Part shown: positions 1-10,401 of the stretch, one piece after another
Position numbering within the stretch: position 1 is the first letter of the stretch
Layout: each line of letters starts with the position of its first letter
Assembly: GCA_963775425.1 (NCBI GenBank)
Contig: CAVZJB010000016.1
Span: 512,001-576,000 of the forward strand
Length of the DNA stretch: 64,000 nt
Reading direction: 5' to 3'
Origin: an uncultured delta proteobacterium
GTDB taxonomy: Bacteria; Myxococcota; UBA727; VGSZ01
Translations under genes and position numbers: made by a program
The notes under the pieces: generated by a model
Seen by the model: only the letters and a program-made list of their open reading frames with translations
The model's database searches: none
Told to the model about the DNA's origin: nothing

Positions 1-1125
1 TGCCCCGCGGGCGCCTCGAGGTACGTGCGCGCCGCGCTCCCGACGCGCTCGAAGAGCGGCCGTGCGCCCGAGGGCGGCGCGAGGTCGTCGGCGTCGCCGG
101 CGACGACGAGGATGGGGCGGTCGAAGCGCGCGAGGCGCGCGCCGGCGTCGACGGCGCCGGCGCGGCCGGCGTCGGTGGCGACGAGCTCGAGGAGGTCGGC
201 GAACGCGGCCCAACTGTCGTCGGCGAAGCTCTCCCGGAGCGTGAACGCGAGCGATTCTCTCGTCGAGCGAGCCCGGCGCCCAGATGCGCACCGGCGCGGG
301 GAACGCGGGCGTGTCGAGCGCGCCGCGCATCGCGTAGAGGAAGCCGCTCCAGCGGCGCCCCTCGAAGCGAAAGCCGCGCGCATGCGCGAAGCGCGCCGCG
401 CGGACGCTGCGCGCGGCGGGCATCAGGCGGAACAGCTCGGGGCGCCCGGGGAACAGCGGCGCGCCGATGGTCACGACGGCGTCGAGCCTGTCGCGCGCGG
501 CGTCGGGGAGGAGCGCGCCGACGAGGCCGCCCATGGAGTGCCCGAGCCACGCGACGCTCTTGTGGCGCGACGCCACGTAGGCGACGACGGCGGCGCCGTC
601 CGCGTCGGTGTACTCGTGGAGGCCGGCGGCGGTGCCCACGCCCCGGCGCCCGCGCAGCTCGACGACGTACACCACGAGCCCGAGCCCGCGCAGGTGCGCG
701 AGCAGCGAGCGCTTGTGGCACTCGAAGCTCATGCGGTTCTGGATGTAGCCGTGGCACACGACAATCGCGGGCGCGTCCTCGTCGACGCCCGCGTCCCGGC
801 TGCGCCACACGTCCACGCCGACCCCGCCCGCGACGACGACGACGTGCTCCACCGCTGCGGCGGCCTCGTCACGCGAGGCGCTCTCGGCGTGGGGCGCGCT
901 CTCGGCGGCCTGCTCGCGCGCGGCGCTCTCGGCGTGGGGCGCGCTCTCGGCGGCCTGCTCGCGCGCGGCGCTGTCGGCGTGGGGCGCGCTCTCGGCGGCC
1001 TGCTCGCGCGCGGCGCTGTCGGCGTGGGGCGCGCCCTCGGCGGCCTGCTCGCGCGCGGCGCTGTCGGCGTGGGGCGCGCCCTCGTAGGGCGGGGGCTTGT
1101 CCCCCGCGTCGCCGCCGCGGTTCAC
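1..1125 (-). pseudogene. Alpha/beta hydrolase, runs off the left edge, apparent frameshift at ~255-261
   Basis: GTG at 1125 overlaps the upstream stop (GTGA). The frame reads ...IVVCHGYIQNR...WLGHSMGG... (nucleophile elbow). The C-terminal ILVVAGDADDLAPP...YLEAPAG segment lies in a different frame after ~257. Confidence 0.7.
880..1084. repeat. 45-bp tandem repeat, ~4.5 copies, encoding (SAPHADSAAREQAAE)n in the hydrolase N-terminus
   Basis: Unit gctctcggcgtggggcgcgctctcggcggcctgctcgcgcgcggc repeated head-to-tail with few substitutions. Confidence 0.9.
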
Positions 1126-2828
1126 ACGAGGAAATCCGTGACCACGTCGGGCTGCTTGAGCTCCTGGTTGAGCTTCTGCCGCCGCTCGGAGAGCGCCGTG
1201 AGCGTCTCGAGGATCTGCGGGTGCGTCATGATGATCTCGTTGAACGACTCGCGCGGCAGCCGCAGCACCACGCACGGCGACGAGGCTCGCACGGACGCAC
1301 AGGTCTTCTTGTGCCAGAGCATGGACATCTCGCCGAAGACGTCGCCCTCCTTGAGCTCTGCGAGCAGGACCTCCCCGCCCTGGTCCTTGGCGTCGAGCAC
1401 GTCACAGCGGCCCGACAACAGCACGTAGAGGCCTTCGCCCGGGTGCTCTCGCGTGATGAGGTAGGTGCCCTCGTCGACGGAGCGCGACTTGAAGCGCTCG
1501 ATGAGCTCTTTTTTGTCCTTGGTGGAGAAGGGCTGAAAGATGGGGCTCGTCTTCAGGAGGTTGGTGAGCAGGCGGTTCTTGTGGAAACGCTTCATCACCT
1601 CGCCCACGGACGGGTACTCGGTGGTGATGTCGGCGAGCAGCTCGCGCGAGATCTCGAAGAGCATGGTGTCGTCGGCGCAGACCACGCTCGCCATGCGCGG
1701 CGCGTCCGAGAGGAGCGCCATCTCCCCGAAGAACGCGCCGTCCGACAGCTCCGCGAGGAGGATGTCGGGCTGACCGAGCTCGAGCGAGGTGCGCTTCACG
1801 ACGACGCGCCCCTGGATGATGATGAACATCGAGGTGCCGCGCTCGCCCTCCTGCACGAGCACCTCGTCCTTGCCGGCCACCCGCAGGTCCATGCGCTCCG
1901 TGAGCGTGATGAACGCTTCGCGCGGAAGATCGGAGAACAGCGGGATGGGCGGCACCTGATCGACGTCGATCTGCGCGGGCTCGGTGAGCTCGATGATGTC
2001 GCTTTCATCTTCACCCACCACCACCGGCGCCATCTCTTCGACGGCGAAGGCGGGCTCGTCCTGGGGCACGGGTGGCGGCTCGACGTGGGGGGCGCCGGCG
2101 AAGCCCTGGAGCGCGGCGAGCATGGCGGCGTCGGTGGGCGCGGCCTCGTCCGGCGGGAGGTCGGGCGGCAGCGGCCGGCCCTCTTGCGACGCGCTCGTGC
2201 CGACGACCACGGGGACGCCCTCGCCGGACATGATGCTGATCTCGATGGGCGCGCCGACGACGGCGCCGCCGTCGTTGGCGTCGAAGCTGACGTCTATGGC
2301 GATGGCGTCGCCGTGGTCTTCGTCGTCGGCCTGTCGGCGCTGGGCCTGCATCGCCTCGAGCGCGGCCGCCTCCGCCGTGCCCGGCGCGGGCCGCGGCTGG
2401 AGCTGAGACGCGGGCATCCCGCGGATGTCCGCTGCGGAGCGCTTGGCGCCGGGGGCGAGCGCGGTGCTCATCGCCTTGGGCATGGCGACGGCGCCGGAGC
2501 CCTCACCGCGGCGACGCGTCGAGAGCTCGGCGAGGATGTGCTGCGTCTCTTTGTGCGCCGGATCGATCTGCAGGATGATCTTGCAGACGGCGATGGCCTT
2601 CAGCAGGAGGCCGTCGGCGGCGTAGCTGCCGGCCACGCTCTGGTACTCGAGGACGGCTTCGCGCACGCGGCCCATGCGCGCATAGATCTCCGCGAGCTTC
2701 TGGCGCGCGGTGAGGTCGCGGGGATCGAGCTTGACGATCCTGACGTACTCGTCGGCCGCGTCCCCGAGCTTGCCCTTCGCGATGAGGCGGGACGCGGTGT
2801 CCTTGAGCTTGCGGATCTTCTCCGACAT
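1122..2828 (-). CDS. TPR plus tandem cyclic-nucleotide-binding domain protein
   Basis: TPR-like N-terminus, acidic/Pro linker, two CNB motifs (FFGEMALLSDAPRMASV; VFGEMSML..KTCASV). Confidence 0.85.
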   Translation of the reverse strand: MSEKIRKLKDTASRLIAKGKLGDAADEYVRIVKLDPRDLTARQKLAEIYARMGRVREAVLEYQSVAGSYAADGLLLKAIAVCKIILQIDPAHKETQHILAELSTRRRGEGSGAVAMPKAMSTALAPGAKRSAADIRGMPASQLQPRPAPGTAEAAALEAMQAQRRQADDEDHGDAIAIDVSFDANDGGAVVGAPIEISIMSGEGVPVVVGTSASQEGRPLPPDLPPDEAAPTDAAMLAALQGFAGAPHVEPPPVPQDEPAFAVEEMAPVVVGEDESDIIELTEPAQIDVDQVPPIPLFSDLPREAFITLTERMDLRVAGKDEVLVQEGERGTSMFIIIQGRVVVKRTSLELGQPDILLAELSDGAFFGEMALLSDAPRMASVVCADDTMLFEISRELLADITTEYPSVGEVMKRFHKNRLLTNLLKTSPIFQPFSTKDKKELIERFKSRSVDEGTYLITREHPGEGLYVLLSGRCDVLDAKDQGGEVLLAELKEGDVFGEMSMLWHKKTCASVRASSPCVVLRLPRESFNEIIMTHPQILETLTALSERRQKLNQELKQPDVVTDFLV

Positions 2829-2874
2829 TCGGGGAGGATGGCACCGGTTCGGGGGGAAATGCGACTGTGGCCCT

Positions 2875-3726
2875 TCAACCGGGGAGAATTCTGTACCAGC
2901 GCCCCTCCTCGACGACGATGGGCCTCACGCGGACCCCTTGCGGCACGCGCCGCCAGCCGGGCTCGGCTTTCACGACGAGGCCACCGAGGGCGCTGAGGCC
3001 GATGTCGTCGCCGAGGAGAACGGCGTAGCGCGCGTGTGAAAGCCCGGCGAGGAGCAAGGCGTCCTCGCGGTCGAGGGTCCGTGGTGCTCCAGCGAACGAG
3101 AGGCCGAGCGCGCACGCGGCCACCACCTCGGCGCCGTGGTCGCGCGCGAACTGCGCGGCGCCCGCGGCGACGTCGAGGGGCGGCGGAGCGCCGGCGTGCC
3201 ACAGGGTGCGGCCGCCACGCGAGAGGTGGAAGCCGACGGCGTCGGCGCCCAGGAGCGAGCCCGACGGCGACATGCTGACGACGACGTCGCGCGTCTCGAA
3301 GACGTCGCCGGCGCGGACGACGCGCACGCGGCGGAAGCCCTGGTAGCGGAGGATCTTCGCCGTCTGCTCGTCGGGGACGAAGCACGACGCGCGGCGGCCG
3401 CGCAGGCGCGCCGTCGACGCACCGTCGAACGCGCCGGGCTCGCGCGCGGTGACGAGGAGGACGTCGACGTCGCCGGTGTCCTCGGGCGCGATGGACGCCG
3501 GCGGCGCGTCATAGAGGACCGACGCGCCGAGGTCCTCGGCGAAGCACGGATCGACGAGCACGCGGCGCCCACCGAGATCGACGAGGAGCGTGCGCCCGCG
3601 GACGCGGAAGATGCGCAGCGTCGCCGCGTCGGCCTCCCGGGCGCGCGCCCCACCCGTCGCGAGCGCGGCGCCCGCGCCGGCGGCGACGACGAGGAGGTCG
3701 CGGCGCTTGAGCACGGCGCCGACCAT
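2875..3726 (-). CDS. Tat-exported MBL-fold protein lacking the canonical HxHxDH motif
   Basis: Twin-Arg signal KRRDLL. RVLVDP, DVLLVT, GFHL and LWHAG match MBL (UPF0173/RomA-like) strand order. Start approximate. Confidence 0.6.
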   Translation of the reverse strand: MVGAVLKRRDLLVVAAGAGAALATGGARAREADAATLRIFRVRGRTLLVDLGGRRVLVDPCFAEDLGASVLYDAPPASIAPEDTGDVDVLLVTAREPGAFDGASTARLRGRRASCFVPDEQTAKILRYQGFRRVRVVRAGDVFETRDVVVSMSPSGSLLGADAVGFHLSRGGRTLWHAGAPPPLDVAAGAAQFARDHGAEVVAACALGLSFAGAPRTLDREDALLLAGLSHARYAVLLGDDIGLSALGGLVVKAEPGWRRVPQGVRVRPIVVEEGRWYRILPG

Positions 3727-3826
3727 AGCCTGCGCGCGCGGCGCGGGCGCGGGCGCGGGCTCCCGCGCCACGGCGACGTCCCCCTCCGAAGCCGGCGCGC
3801 CGTCGCGGATGTTAGCTTGTGCGCCC

Positions 3827-4810
3827 ATGGGGCGGATCAAGGAAGCGCTCGCCAAGGTGCGGCCGTTCCTGCCGTGGCTGAGCCTCGGCACCGGCATCGG
3901 CGGCGCCGTGCTCATGCACCGCACGCCGGAGCGCGCGTGGCTCGTGGTCGTCGCGTCCATCGCGGGCTGGGTCGCCCTCGTCGTCTTCAACCTCGCCGAG
4001 CGCGCGTGGAGCCGCGCCGACAAGACCGTCACCAAGCGCGGCGCGCGCTTCGCCCTGCTGTTGTCGAACCAGATGGCGATGCAGCAGGCGCTGTTGTTCC
4101 CCCTGCCCTTCTACGTGAAGGCCGCGAACCTCCCTCACGTCCAGCTCGGCCACGTCGTGTTCTTCCTCGTCTACGCAGGCGCCCTCGCCGTGGTCATGTG
4201 GGATCCGTTGTTCGAGCGCGCGATGTCGTCGGTGGCCGCCGCGTTCGCGCTGCAGGCCTTCGCCGTGTTCGTCGGCCTCGACATGGTGCTCCCCGTGCTG
4301 GGCCTGTCGAACGGCGTCGCCCTCGTCGTCGCCGGCGCCGCCACCGGCATCGGGGTGCCCCTCCTGGTGCTCCTCCTGCGCCCGCGCTCCTCCACCGTCG
4401 TGCGCGACCGCGTCGTCGCCGTCAGCGGCGCCGTCGTCGTCGTCGTGCTCCTGCGCCTCGCCGCCCCGCTCGTGCCCCCCGCGCCGCTCGAGCTCAAAAG
4501 CGTCGCCGTCGGCACGAACGTCGAGCACCGCGAGCTCGTCGGATCCGGCGGCGCGTTCGATCACCCGGCCGCGCTGTACTGCCACTCGGCCATCGCCGCC
4601 CCGCTCGGCCTCAAGGACGCGCTCGTGCACGTGTGGAAGCGGGACGGGAAGCCGTACGACGCCGTCACCCTCGACGTGCGCGGCGGGCGCCAGGCGGGCT
4701 TTCGCACGTGGTCGCGCGAGACCGCACCGAAGCCCGGGCGCTATCGCTGCACCGTCGAGACGTCCTCCGGACAGGTGCTCGGCGGCGTCAGCGTCGATGT
4801 CCGCGACTGA
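3827..4810 (+). CDS. Multi-pass membrane protein with C-terminal DUF2914-like domain
   Basis: Several TM helices, then LYCHSAIAAP..LVHVW..GGRQAGFRTWS..GRYRCTVET..GQVLG. Confidence 0.75.
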   Translation: MGRIKEALAKVRPFLPWLSLGTGIGGAVLMHRTPERAWLVVVASIAGWVALVVFNLAERAWSRADKTVTKRGARFALLLSNQMAMQQALLFPLPFYVKAANLPHVQLGHVVFFLVYAGALAVVMWDPLFERAMSSVAAAFALQAFAVFVGLDMVLPVLGLSNGVALVVAGAATGIGVPLLVLLLRPRSSTVVRDRVVAVSGAVVVVVLLRLAAPLVPPAPLELKSVAVGTNVEHRELVGSGGAFDHPAALYCHSAIAAPLGLKDALVHVWKRDGKPYDAVTLDVRGGRQAGFRTWSRETAPKPGRYRCTVETSSGQVLGGVSVDVRD

Positions 4811-4820
4811 CCGGGACCGG

Positions 4821-5567
4821 CTAGAGCGCTCCGATGTGCCACGTGACGCCGGCGTTCGCGCCGACGGTCACGGGGCTCGTCGGCCCGCCCTTCACCGTGG
4901 TGGCCGCGGCGAACGCCCACAGCTCGAGGCTCCACGCGCCGGTGAGCCGAACGCGGACGGTGGGGACGTCGGCAGGCACGGCGCCGCCGGGGGAGCCGAC
5001 GCCGATGGTGGCGCTGTCGCGCCCGCCCGCGGTGTCGTGTCGGGCGGCGAGCCGGCCCGAGAACCCGAGCGACCAGCGGTCGTCGAGCCTCACGACGACG
5101 CCGGCGACGCCGCCGCCGGCCTCGTCCACGACGTCGCCGCCGGCGGTCTGCGCGCTCGCATCGGCGGTGAAGACGAGCGCCATCCGCCTGCCGACGAGGG
5201 ACACGGTGCCGGCGAGCGCGGGCGCGAGGATGACGCCCGCGGCGCTGCTGTAGCCGGCGCCCGCGAGGCCGGTGGTGACGGCGAAGCGCGGCGAGAGGCC
5301 GCCGACGCCGCCGATGTCGTCGACGGAGAAGCTACCCGTGACGAGGAGCGGCAACGCGAGCTGCACGTTGTCGGTGATGCCCCAACGCGCGCCCAGGGCG
5401 ACGCTCGGCGCCACCGGCGCCACCGGCGACGACGTGAACGCGAGCCCCGACGCGGCCATGAGGTCGACGGTGCCGGCGCGCGCAGGCTCGAGCTGCAGCG
5501 CCCACCCCGCGGAGGACGGCGGCGACCCGATCGGCGCGGCGGCCAGGCAGAGCGCGAGGGCGATCAC
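4821..5567 (-). CDS. Hypothetical secreted protein, possibly an outer-membrane beta-barrel
   Basis: Signal peptide, alternating amphipathic strands, ends GVTWHIGAL. Confidence 0.45.
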   Translation of the reverse strand: MIALALCLAAAPIGSPPSSAGWALQLEPARAGTVDLMAASGLAFTSSPVAPVAPSVALGARWGITDNVQLALPLLVTGSFSVDDIGGVGGLSPRFAVTTGLAGAGYSSAAGVILAPALAGTVSLVGRRMALVFTADASAQTAGGDVVDEAGGGVAGVVVRLDDRWSLGFSGRLAARHDTAGGRDSATIGVGSPGGAVPADVPTVRVRLTGAWSLELWAFAAATTVKGGPTSPVTVGANAGVTWHIGAL

Positions 5568-5595
5568 GGCGATCCGGCGCCGGGACGCGCGCGTT

Positions 5596-6078
5596 TCACG
5601 TCGACGCCTCGGTGCCGACGATGGGACCGACGGCGATGGTGAAGGTGGTCTCGCCGATGACGAAGCTGTCGCCGTCGAGGAGGGTCATGCGCTCGACCCG
5701 CTCGTCGTCGACGAGCACGCCGTTTCGGCTGCCGAGGTCGGCGATCTCGAAGTAGCCGCCGGCGTTGCGGCTGATGCGCGCGTGCCGGCGGCTGGCGCTG
5801 TCCTCGGCGAGCACGATGTCGCAGCGCGGGTCGCGCCCGATGACGGTCTCGGTGCGGTCGAGGGGGACGCGCACCTCGGGGTGCTTGGGCCGCTTGACGA
5901 GGAGCTCGGCCGCCGTGGTCCGGCGCCGCCTGGTGGCGGCCTTGTCGGCGAGCGCCTTCAGCTTGTACGGCTGCGTCTTGTCCTCGACCTTCTCGGCCGG
6001 CGCCTCCTCCTCCTCGGCCCCGTCGGCGGGGGCCTCGGCGCCGGCGTTCGAGGCCTCGGGGTTGTCGCTCTCGCTCAC
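5596..6078 (-). CDS. FHA domain protein
   Basis: VIGRDPRCDI...SRRHARI...DLGSRNGVLV. Confidence 0.9.
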   Translation of the reverse strand: MSESDNPEASNAGAEAPADGAEEEEAPAEKVEDKTQPYKLKALADKAATRRRRTTAAELLVKRPKHPEVRVPLDRTETVIGRDPRCDIVLAEDSASRRHARISRNAGGYFEIADLGSRNGVLVDDERVERMTLLDGDSFVIGETTFTIAVGPIVGTEAST

Positions 6079-6115
6079 GACGGGGAATCTAGCCTGCGCC
6101 GACGACGTCGCGCCA

Positions 6116-7111
6116 TCACGCCCGCGCCGGCGCCGGCGTCGCCGCCTGGTCACGCGGGCGGCGCGGGTGCGGCATCGCGAGCGCCTCTTCGAGGTACGCG
6201 AGCACCGCCGGGACGTCGTTGTCGACGACGACGGCCGGGTCGTGCGGGTTGAAGCGCCAAAACAGCGACGGCGCGCGCAGGTGCTGCGCCACGCTCTGCG
6301 CGATGGAGAAGCACTCGAGGGTCATGGCCCAGCAGCCGTAGTCGTGGTGCAGGCGATCCTCGAGCTCGCCGGTGAGGACGTCGACGAAGCGGTTGGCGAG
6401 GCGCACGTAGCGCGCGCGACGCTGCGCCCGCCGCGCCGCGTGGGCGAGCCTCTTGTACGCGCGGGCCTCCTCGGCGGTGCGCACGCACGGCGGGATGCAG
6501 GTGCCCATGAAGGAGTGCAGGCTCAGGCAGGCGATGAAGCGCTCGCGCTCGCAAAAGGCGTCGAGCGCGCGCGCCTCCGGCTCCGACAGCGGCGCGCTGC
6601 CCCGGTACGTCGACGACCACGGATCGCTCGAGCCCGAGCCGGAGAAGCGCGTGCTCACGTGCCGCACGAACGCCGACGACGGCACGCCCGCGGGCACGGG
6701 GAAGTTCCGGTTGAGGTCCACGCCGTGGTCGTTGGTGCGCAGGGCCTTGAGCGTGCCCGCGCCGCCGGCGGCCTCCACGCGTGCGTATCCGTCGACGTTG
6801 ACGCACGGGAGCACGACGACCTCGGCCCGCGCGCGCAGCGGGTGCCCCTCGGCCAGCGCGCGCAAGACGCCCATGGCCACGCGCGAGCCAATCCACTCGG
6901 GTCCGTGGATGTTGGCGTCGACGAGCACCCGCGCGCGAGGCTCGAGGGCCCCGTCGCTCGTGCACGGCACCCGCGCCGCGCGGATCGGGCGGCCGCCCGC
7001 GCTCTCGCCCACGACGACAATCTCGCCGCCGGCCTTGGCGCAGAGGTCCTCGAGCTCGCGCTCGCGCTGGTCGCTGCCCGGATACGGCGCGGTGCCCTCG
7101 CGCGCGCTCAC
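6116..7111 (-). CDS. M14 family zinc carboxypeptidase
   Basis: IHGPE (HxxE), NVDG, RTNDHGVDLNRNF, SEPE, SLHS and TLE motifs. Confidence 0.85.
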   Translation of the reverse strand: MSAREGTAPYPGSDQRERELEDLCAKAGGEIVVVGESAGGRPIRAARVPCTSDGALEPRARVLVDANIHGPEWIGSRVAMGVLRALAEGHPLRARAEVVVLPCVNVDGYARVEAAGGAGTLKALRTNDHGVDLNRNFPVPAGVPSSAFVRHVSTRFSGSGSSDPWSSTYRGSAPLSEPEARALDAFCERERFIACLSLHSFMGTCIPPCVRTAEEARAYKRLAHAARRAQRRARYVRLANRFVDVLTGELEDRLHHDYGCWAMTLECFSIAQSVAQHLRAPSLFWRFNPHDPAVVVDNDVPAVLAYLEEALAMPHPRRPRDQAATPAPARA

Positions 7112-7893
7112 GGCGTCCCCCCGAGGATCAGGGCGAGCAGGCCCTCGGGGTTGTCGGTGTGCAGCCAGTGCCCCGCGTCCGGGAGCGCGTGGTACGCCGC
7201 CGGCGACCGCTCCGCGCGCGCGACGTCGTCGTCGTTGAAGCGATCCGATCGAGCCGCGCGCACCAGGTGCAGCGGCGCTGCGCCGGCGGGCGGGTGCTCC
7301 ACGGCGGGCCACAGATCGAGCGCGCCGAACGACGCCAGCATCTCCGGGATCGCCGTGAGGTCGAAGCGCCAGACGAAGCCCTCGCCGTCCGCCTCGCGCA
7401 GGTTGGTGGTCATCCACTGCGCCAGGGGCTCCGACAGCCCCCGCGCGCGCAACTGCTCCACGAGGGCGCGGCGGCTCTCCACCGGCATCGGCAACGACGA
7501 CACGATCGCGATCACGCGCTCCACGTCGCTCCCGCCGGCGAGGGCCCGCGGGCCCGGGGGCGCGTCGAGGATCCACGCCGTGATCGCGGGGTGGTCACGC
7601 CAGCACACGAGCGCGACCTTGCCGCCGTAGGAGTGCCCGACGACGACGTCGCCGGCGCCGAGCCCGGGCAGGAGATCGGCCACGTCGCCGGCGCACGCCT
7701 CGACGGTGTGCGGCGGCGAGAAGCCGTGTGAGTCGCCGTGGTTCCTCAGGTCCGCGATCACGGCGCGAAACGCCGGACGCGCCGCGACCAGCTTCTTGGC
7801 GAAGCTGCGCCAGTTGTTTCTCGAGCCGAGGATGCCGTGCAGGAACACGACGGTGCGGGGGCCGTCGCCGATGACGTCGTGGGCGAGCTTCAC
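7108..7893 (-). CDS. Alpha/beta hydrolase (YbfF/ABHD11-like esterase)
   Basis: LHGILGSRNNW, DLRNHGDS, GHSYGGK, AGHWLHTDNP. Confidence 0.88.
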   Translation of the reverse strand: MKLAHDVIGDGPRTVVFLHGILGSRNNWRSFAKKLVAARPAFRAVIADLRNHGDSHGFSPPHTVEACAGDVADLLPGLGAGDVVVGHSYGGKVALVCWRDHPAITAWILDAPPGPRALAGGSDVERVIAIVSSLPMPVESRRALVEQLRARGLSEPLAQWMTTNLREADGEGFVWRFDLTAIPEMLASFGALDLWPAVEHPPAGAAPLHLVRAARSDRFNDDDVARAERSPAAYHALPDAGHWLHTDNPEGLLALILGGTP

Positions 7894-7903
7894 CCGCCCC
7901 GGT

Positions 7904-8263
7904 CTACGTCTTTTTCTTCAGCTCGGCGACGACCTTGGCGGTGCGCGCGTTCTGCGCCCGCGGGCCGCGCCGCGACTTGCCGGCGGGGACGTCGGGGAGG
8001 TCGTCGATGCGGCCGCTCTCGACGTAGGCGCGCACCTCCATCTCGAAGAGCTGGGCCATCAGCTCGTCGGTGACGCCGTTTGTGGGGAGCTGCGCCTGCG
8101 CCTTGACCGAGACGCCGTGGTGCATGCGCACGACGGCCTCCTCGAGCGAGGTGAGCACCTTTCCGGACTTGGCTTCCAGGCTCGTCACGCGGCGGGTCTC
8201 CTTGACCTTCTCCGTCGTCGCGGTGGTGGCGGTCTTGCCTTTGCTGGTCGTCTTGCGGGCCAT
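7904..8263 (-). CDS. Small hypothetical protein with basic termini
   Basis: ATG preceded by GGAG-like RBS; plausible codon usage. Confidence 0.65.
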   Translation of the reverse strand: MARKTTSKGKTATTATTEKVKETRRVTSLEAKSGKVLTSLEEAVVRMHHGVSVKAQAQLPTNGVTDELMAQLFEMEVRAYVESGRIDDLPDVPAGKSRRGPRAQNARTAKVVAELKKKT

Positions 8264-8341
8264 GCCGTCTCCGCCTCCGTGCGCGTGAACAGAGGGTAGG
8301 GGGGGTCCGGGGCGAAGGCAAGTTTGCGACCCGCGGGGATG

Positions 8342-9141
8342 TCAGCGGTCCGCGGCGCAGCGGAACCCCACGCTGTCCTTGGAGATGTGGGGATTGAGGG
8401 AGGTCCGGGAGGTGGAGCGCAGCAGGTACTCGCCGTTGCTCGACCAGGACCCGCCGCGGACCACCTTGCTGCCCGTGTCTTCCTGCGGGCCCTTGGGGTT
8501 CGTGCCCGGGCTCTTTTGGTACCAGGTGGCCTCGTACCAGTCGGCGGTCCACTCGGCGACGTTGCCGCCCATGTCCATCACGCCGTAGCCCGAGGCCCCC
8601 GCCGGGTACGAGCCCACCGGCGCCGTGCGCTCGAAGCCGTCGCGCACGCCGGCGGCGTTGGCCTTTTGGGGATCCCAGAAGCCGGGCCACGGGAACTTGT
8701 CCATCTTGGGCGCCCGCGCCGCGTACTCCCACTCGGCCTCGGTGGGCAGCCGCTTGCCGACCCACTCGCAATACTTCTCGGCGTCGTACCAGTTGACGCC
8801 GACGACGGGGTGCTTGTCGGGATCCTGGAGATCGGCGTCGGCGTCGTTCTTGGGGATGTGGCGGCACACGCGCGCGTCGGCGCAGCGCGCGTAGTCGCCG
8901 CGCGTGACCTCGAGCTTGTCGATGTAGAAGCCCTTGAGCTCCACCTTGTGCGGCGGGTACTCGTCGGCCTCGGCGTTTTGCGCGCCCATGTCGTAGACGC
9001 CGCCCGGGATCTTCACCATGGCGTCGCGGCTCATGAGGTCGCCCGGTGCCGTGCCCTTTCCGCTGTTCTTGAACGCGAAGCTGGTGCACCCGGCGAGGGC
9101 GGCGACGGCGACGGCGACGATCACGGCGGGCGCGGGGGTCT

Positions 9142-9145
<4 letters not shown>
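8342..9145 (-). CDS. FGE-sulfatase (SUMF1-like) domain lipoprotein
   Basis: Lipobox LAGC, RLPTEAEWEYAAR, DMGGNVAEW, RGGSW, GFRCA. Confidence 0.9.
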
Positions 9146-9855
<710 letters not shown>

Positions 9856-9861
9856 GCGTGG

Positions 9862-9898
9862 CCTTAAAACGAAACGGGCCTGCTTGAAAGCAGGCCCG
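9862..9898 (-). terminator. Rho-independent terminator after the 9922-10281 gene
   Basis: Perfect inverted repeat cgggcctgctt/aagcaggcccg (9875-9898) followed on the minus strand by TTTCGTTTT. Confidence 0.8.
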
Positions 9899-9921
9899 CC
9901 TCGTCGTGGATCGAACCTCGC

Positions 9922-10281
9922 CTACTTGACGGCGATGCCGCTCGCCATCGCCGGGGGCAGCGAGATGATGCCGCCCGCGAGCGCGAAGATGAGGCCGTGC
10001 TTCGGCATCTCCATCGCGGTCAGGATCTGCACCTTGTTGCCGCCGAGCGCCTTGGCCTCCGCCACCATCATCTTGTTGACGACGGTGTCGAGGCTGGCCT
10101 CGGTGATGGTGATGAAGTGGAAGATGGCCGTAAGACCGAGCGCGGTGCACTGCACGACCGCGACGGCTTCACCGTTCGAGGTGGCGATGGTCGCCGGATC
10201 GACCTTGGCGGACTCGACGCTCTGGCACGCCATGGTCGTGAGCGCGAGCGACGCAACGAGAGCAACGAGAAGCTTCTTCAT
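9922..10281 (-). CDS. Small lipoprotein
   Basis: MKKLLVALVASLALTTMAC lipobox; GGAG RBS upstream. Confidence 0.75.
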   Translation of the reverse strand: MKKLLVALVASLALTTMACQSVESAKVDPATIATSNGEAVAVVQCTALGLTAIFHFITITEASLDTVVNKMMVAEAKALGGNKVQILTAMEMPKHGLIFALAGGIISLPPAMASGIAVK

Positions 10282-10401
10282 CGAAAATCTCCATTCGCCA
10301 CGTGTGGTTGGTGCACGGGCGGGCGCATCCTCCACGAGGATCCAAGGTTGTGTCAACCGAATCCACGCGTTCGTGCGTCACATAGTTTCAAGCTCGTCGA
10401 G

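Noticed and set aside
880-1084. Possible CRISPR array
   Set aside because: Units are contiguous with no unique spacers, in frame within a CDS, and no cas genes are present.
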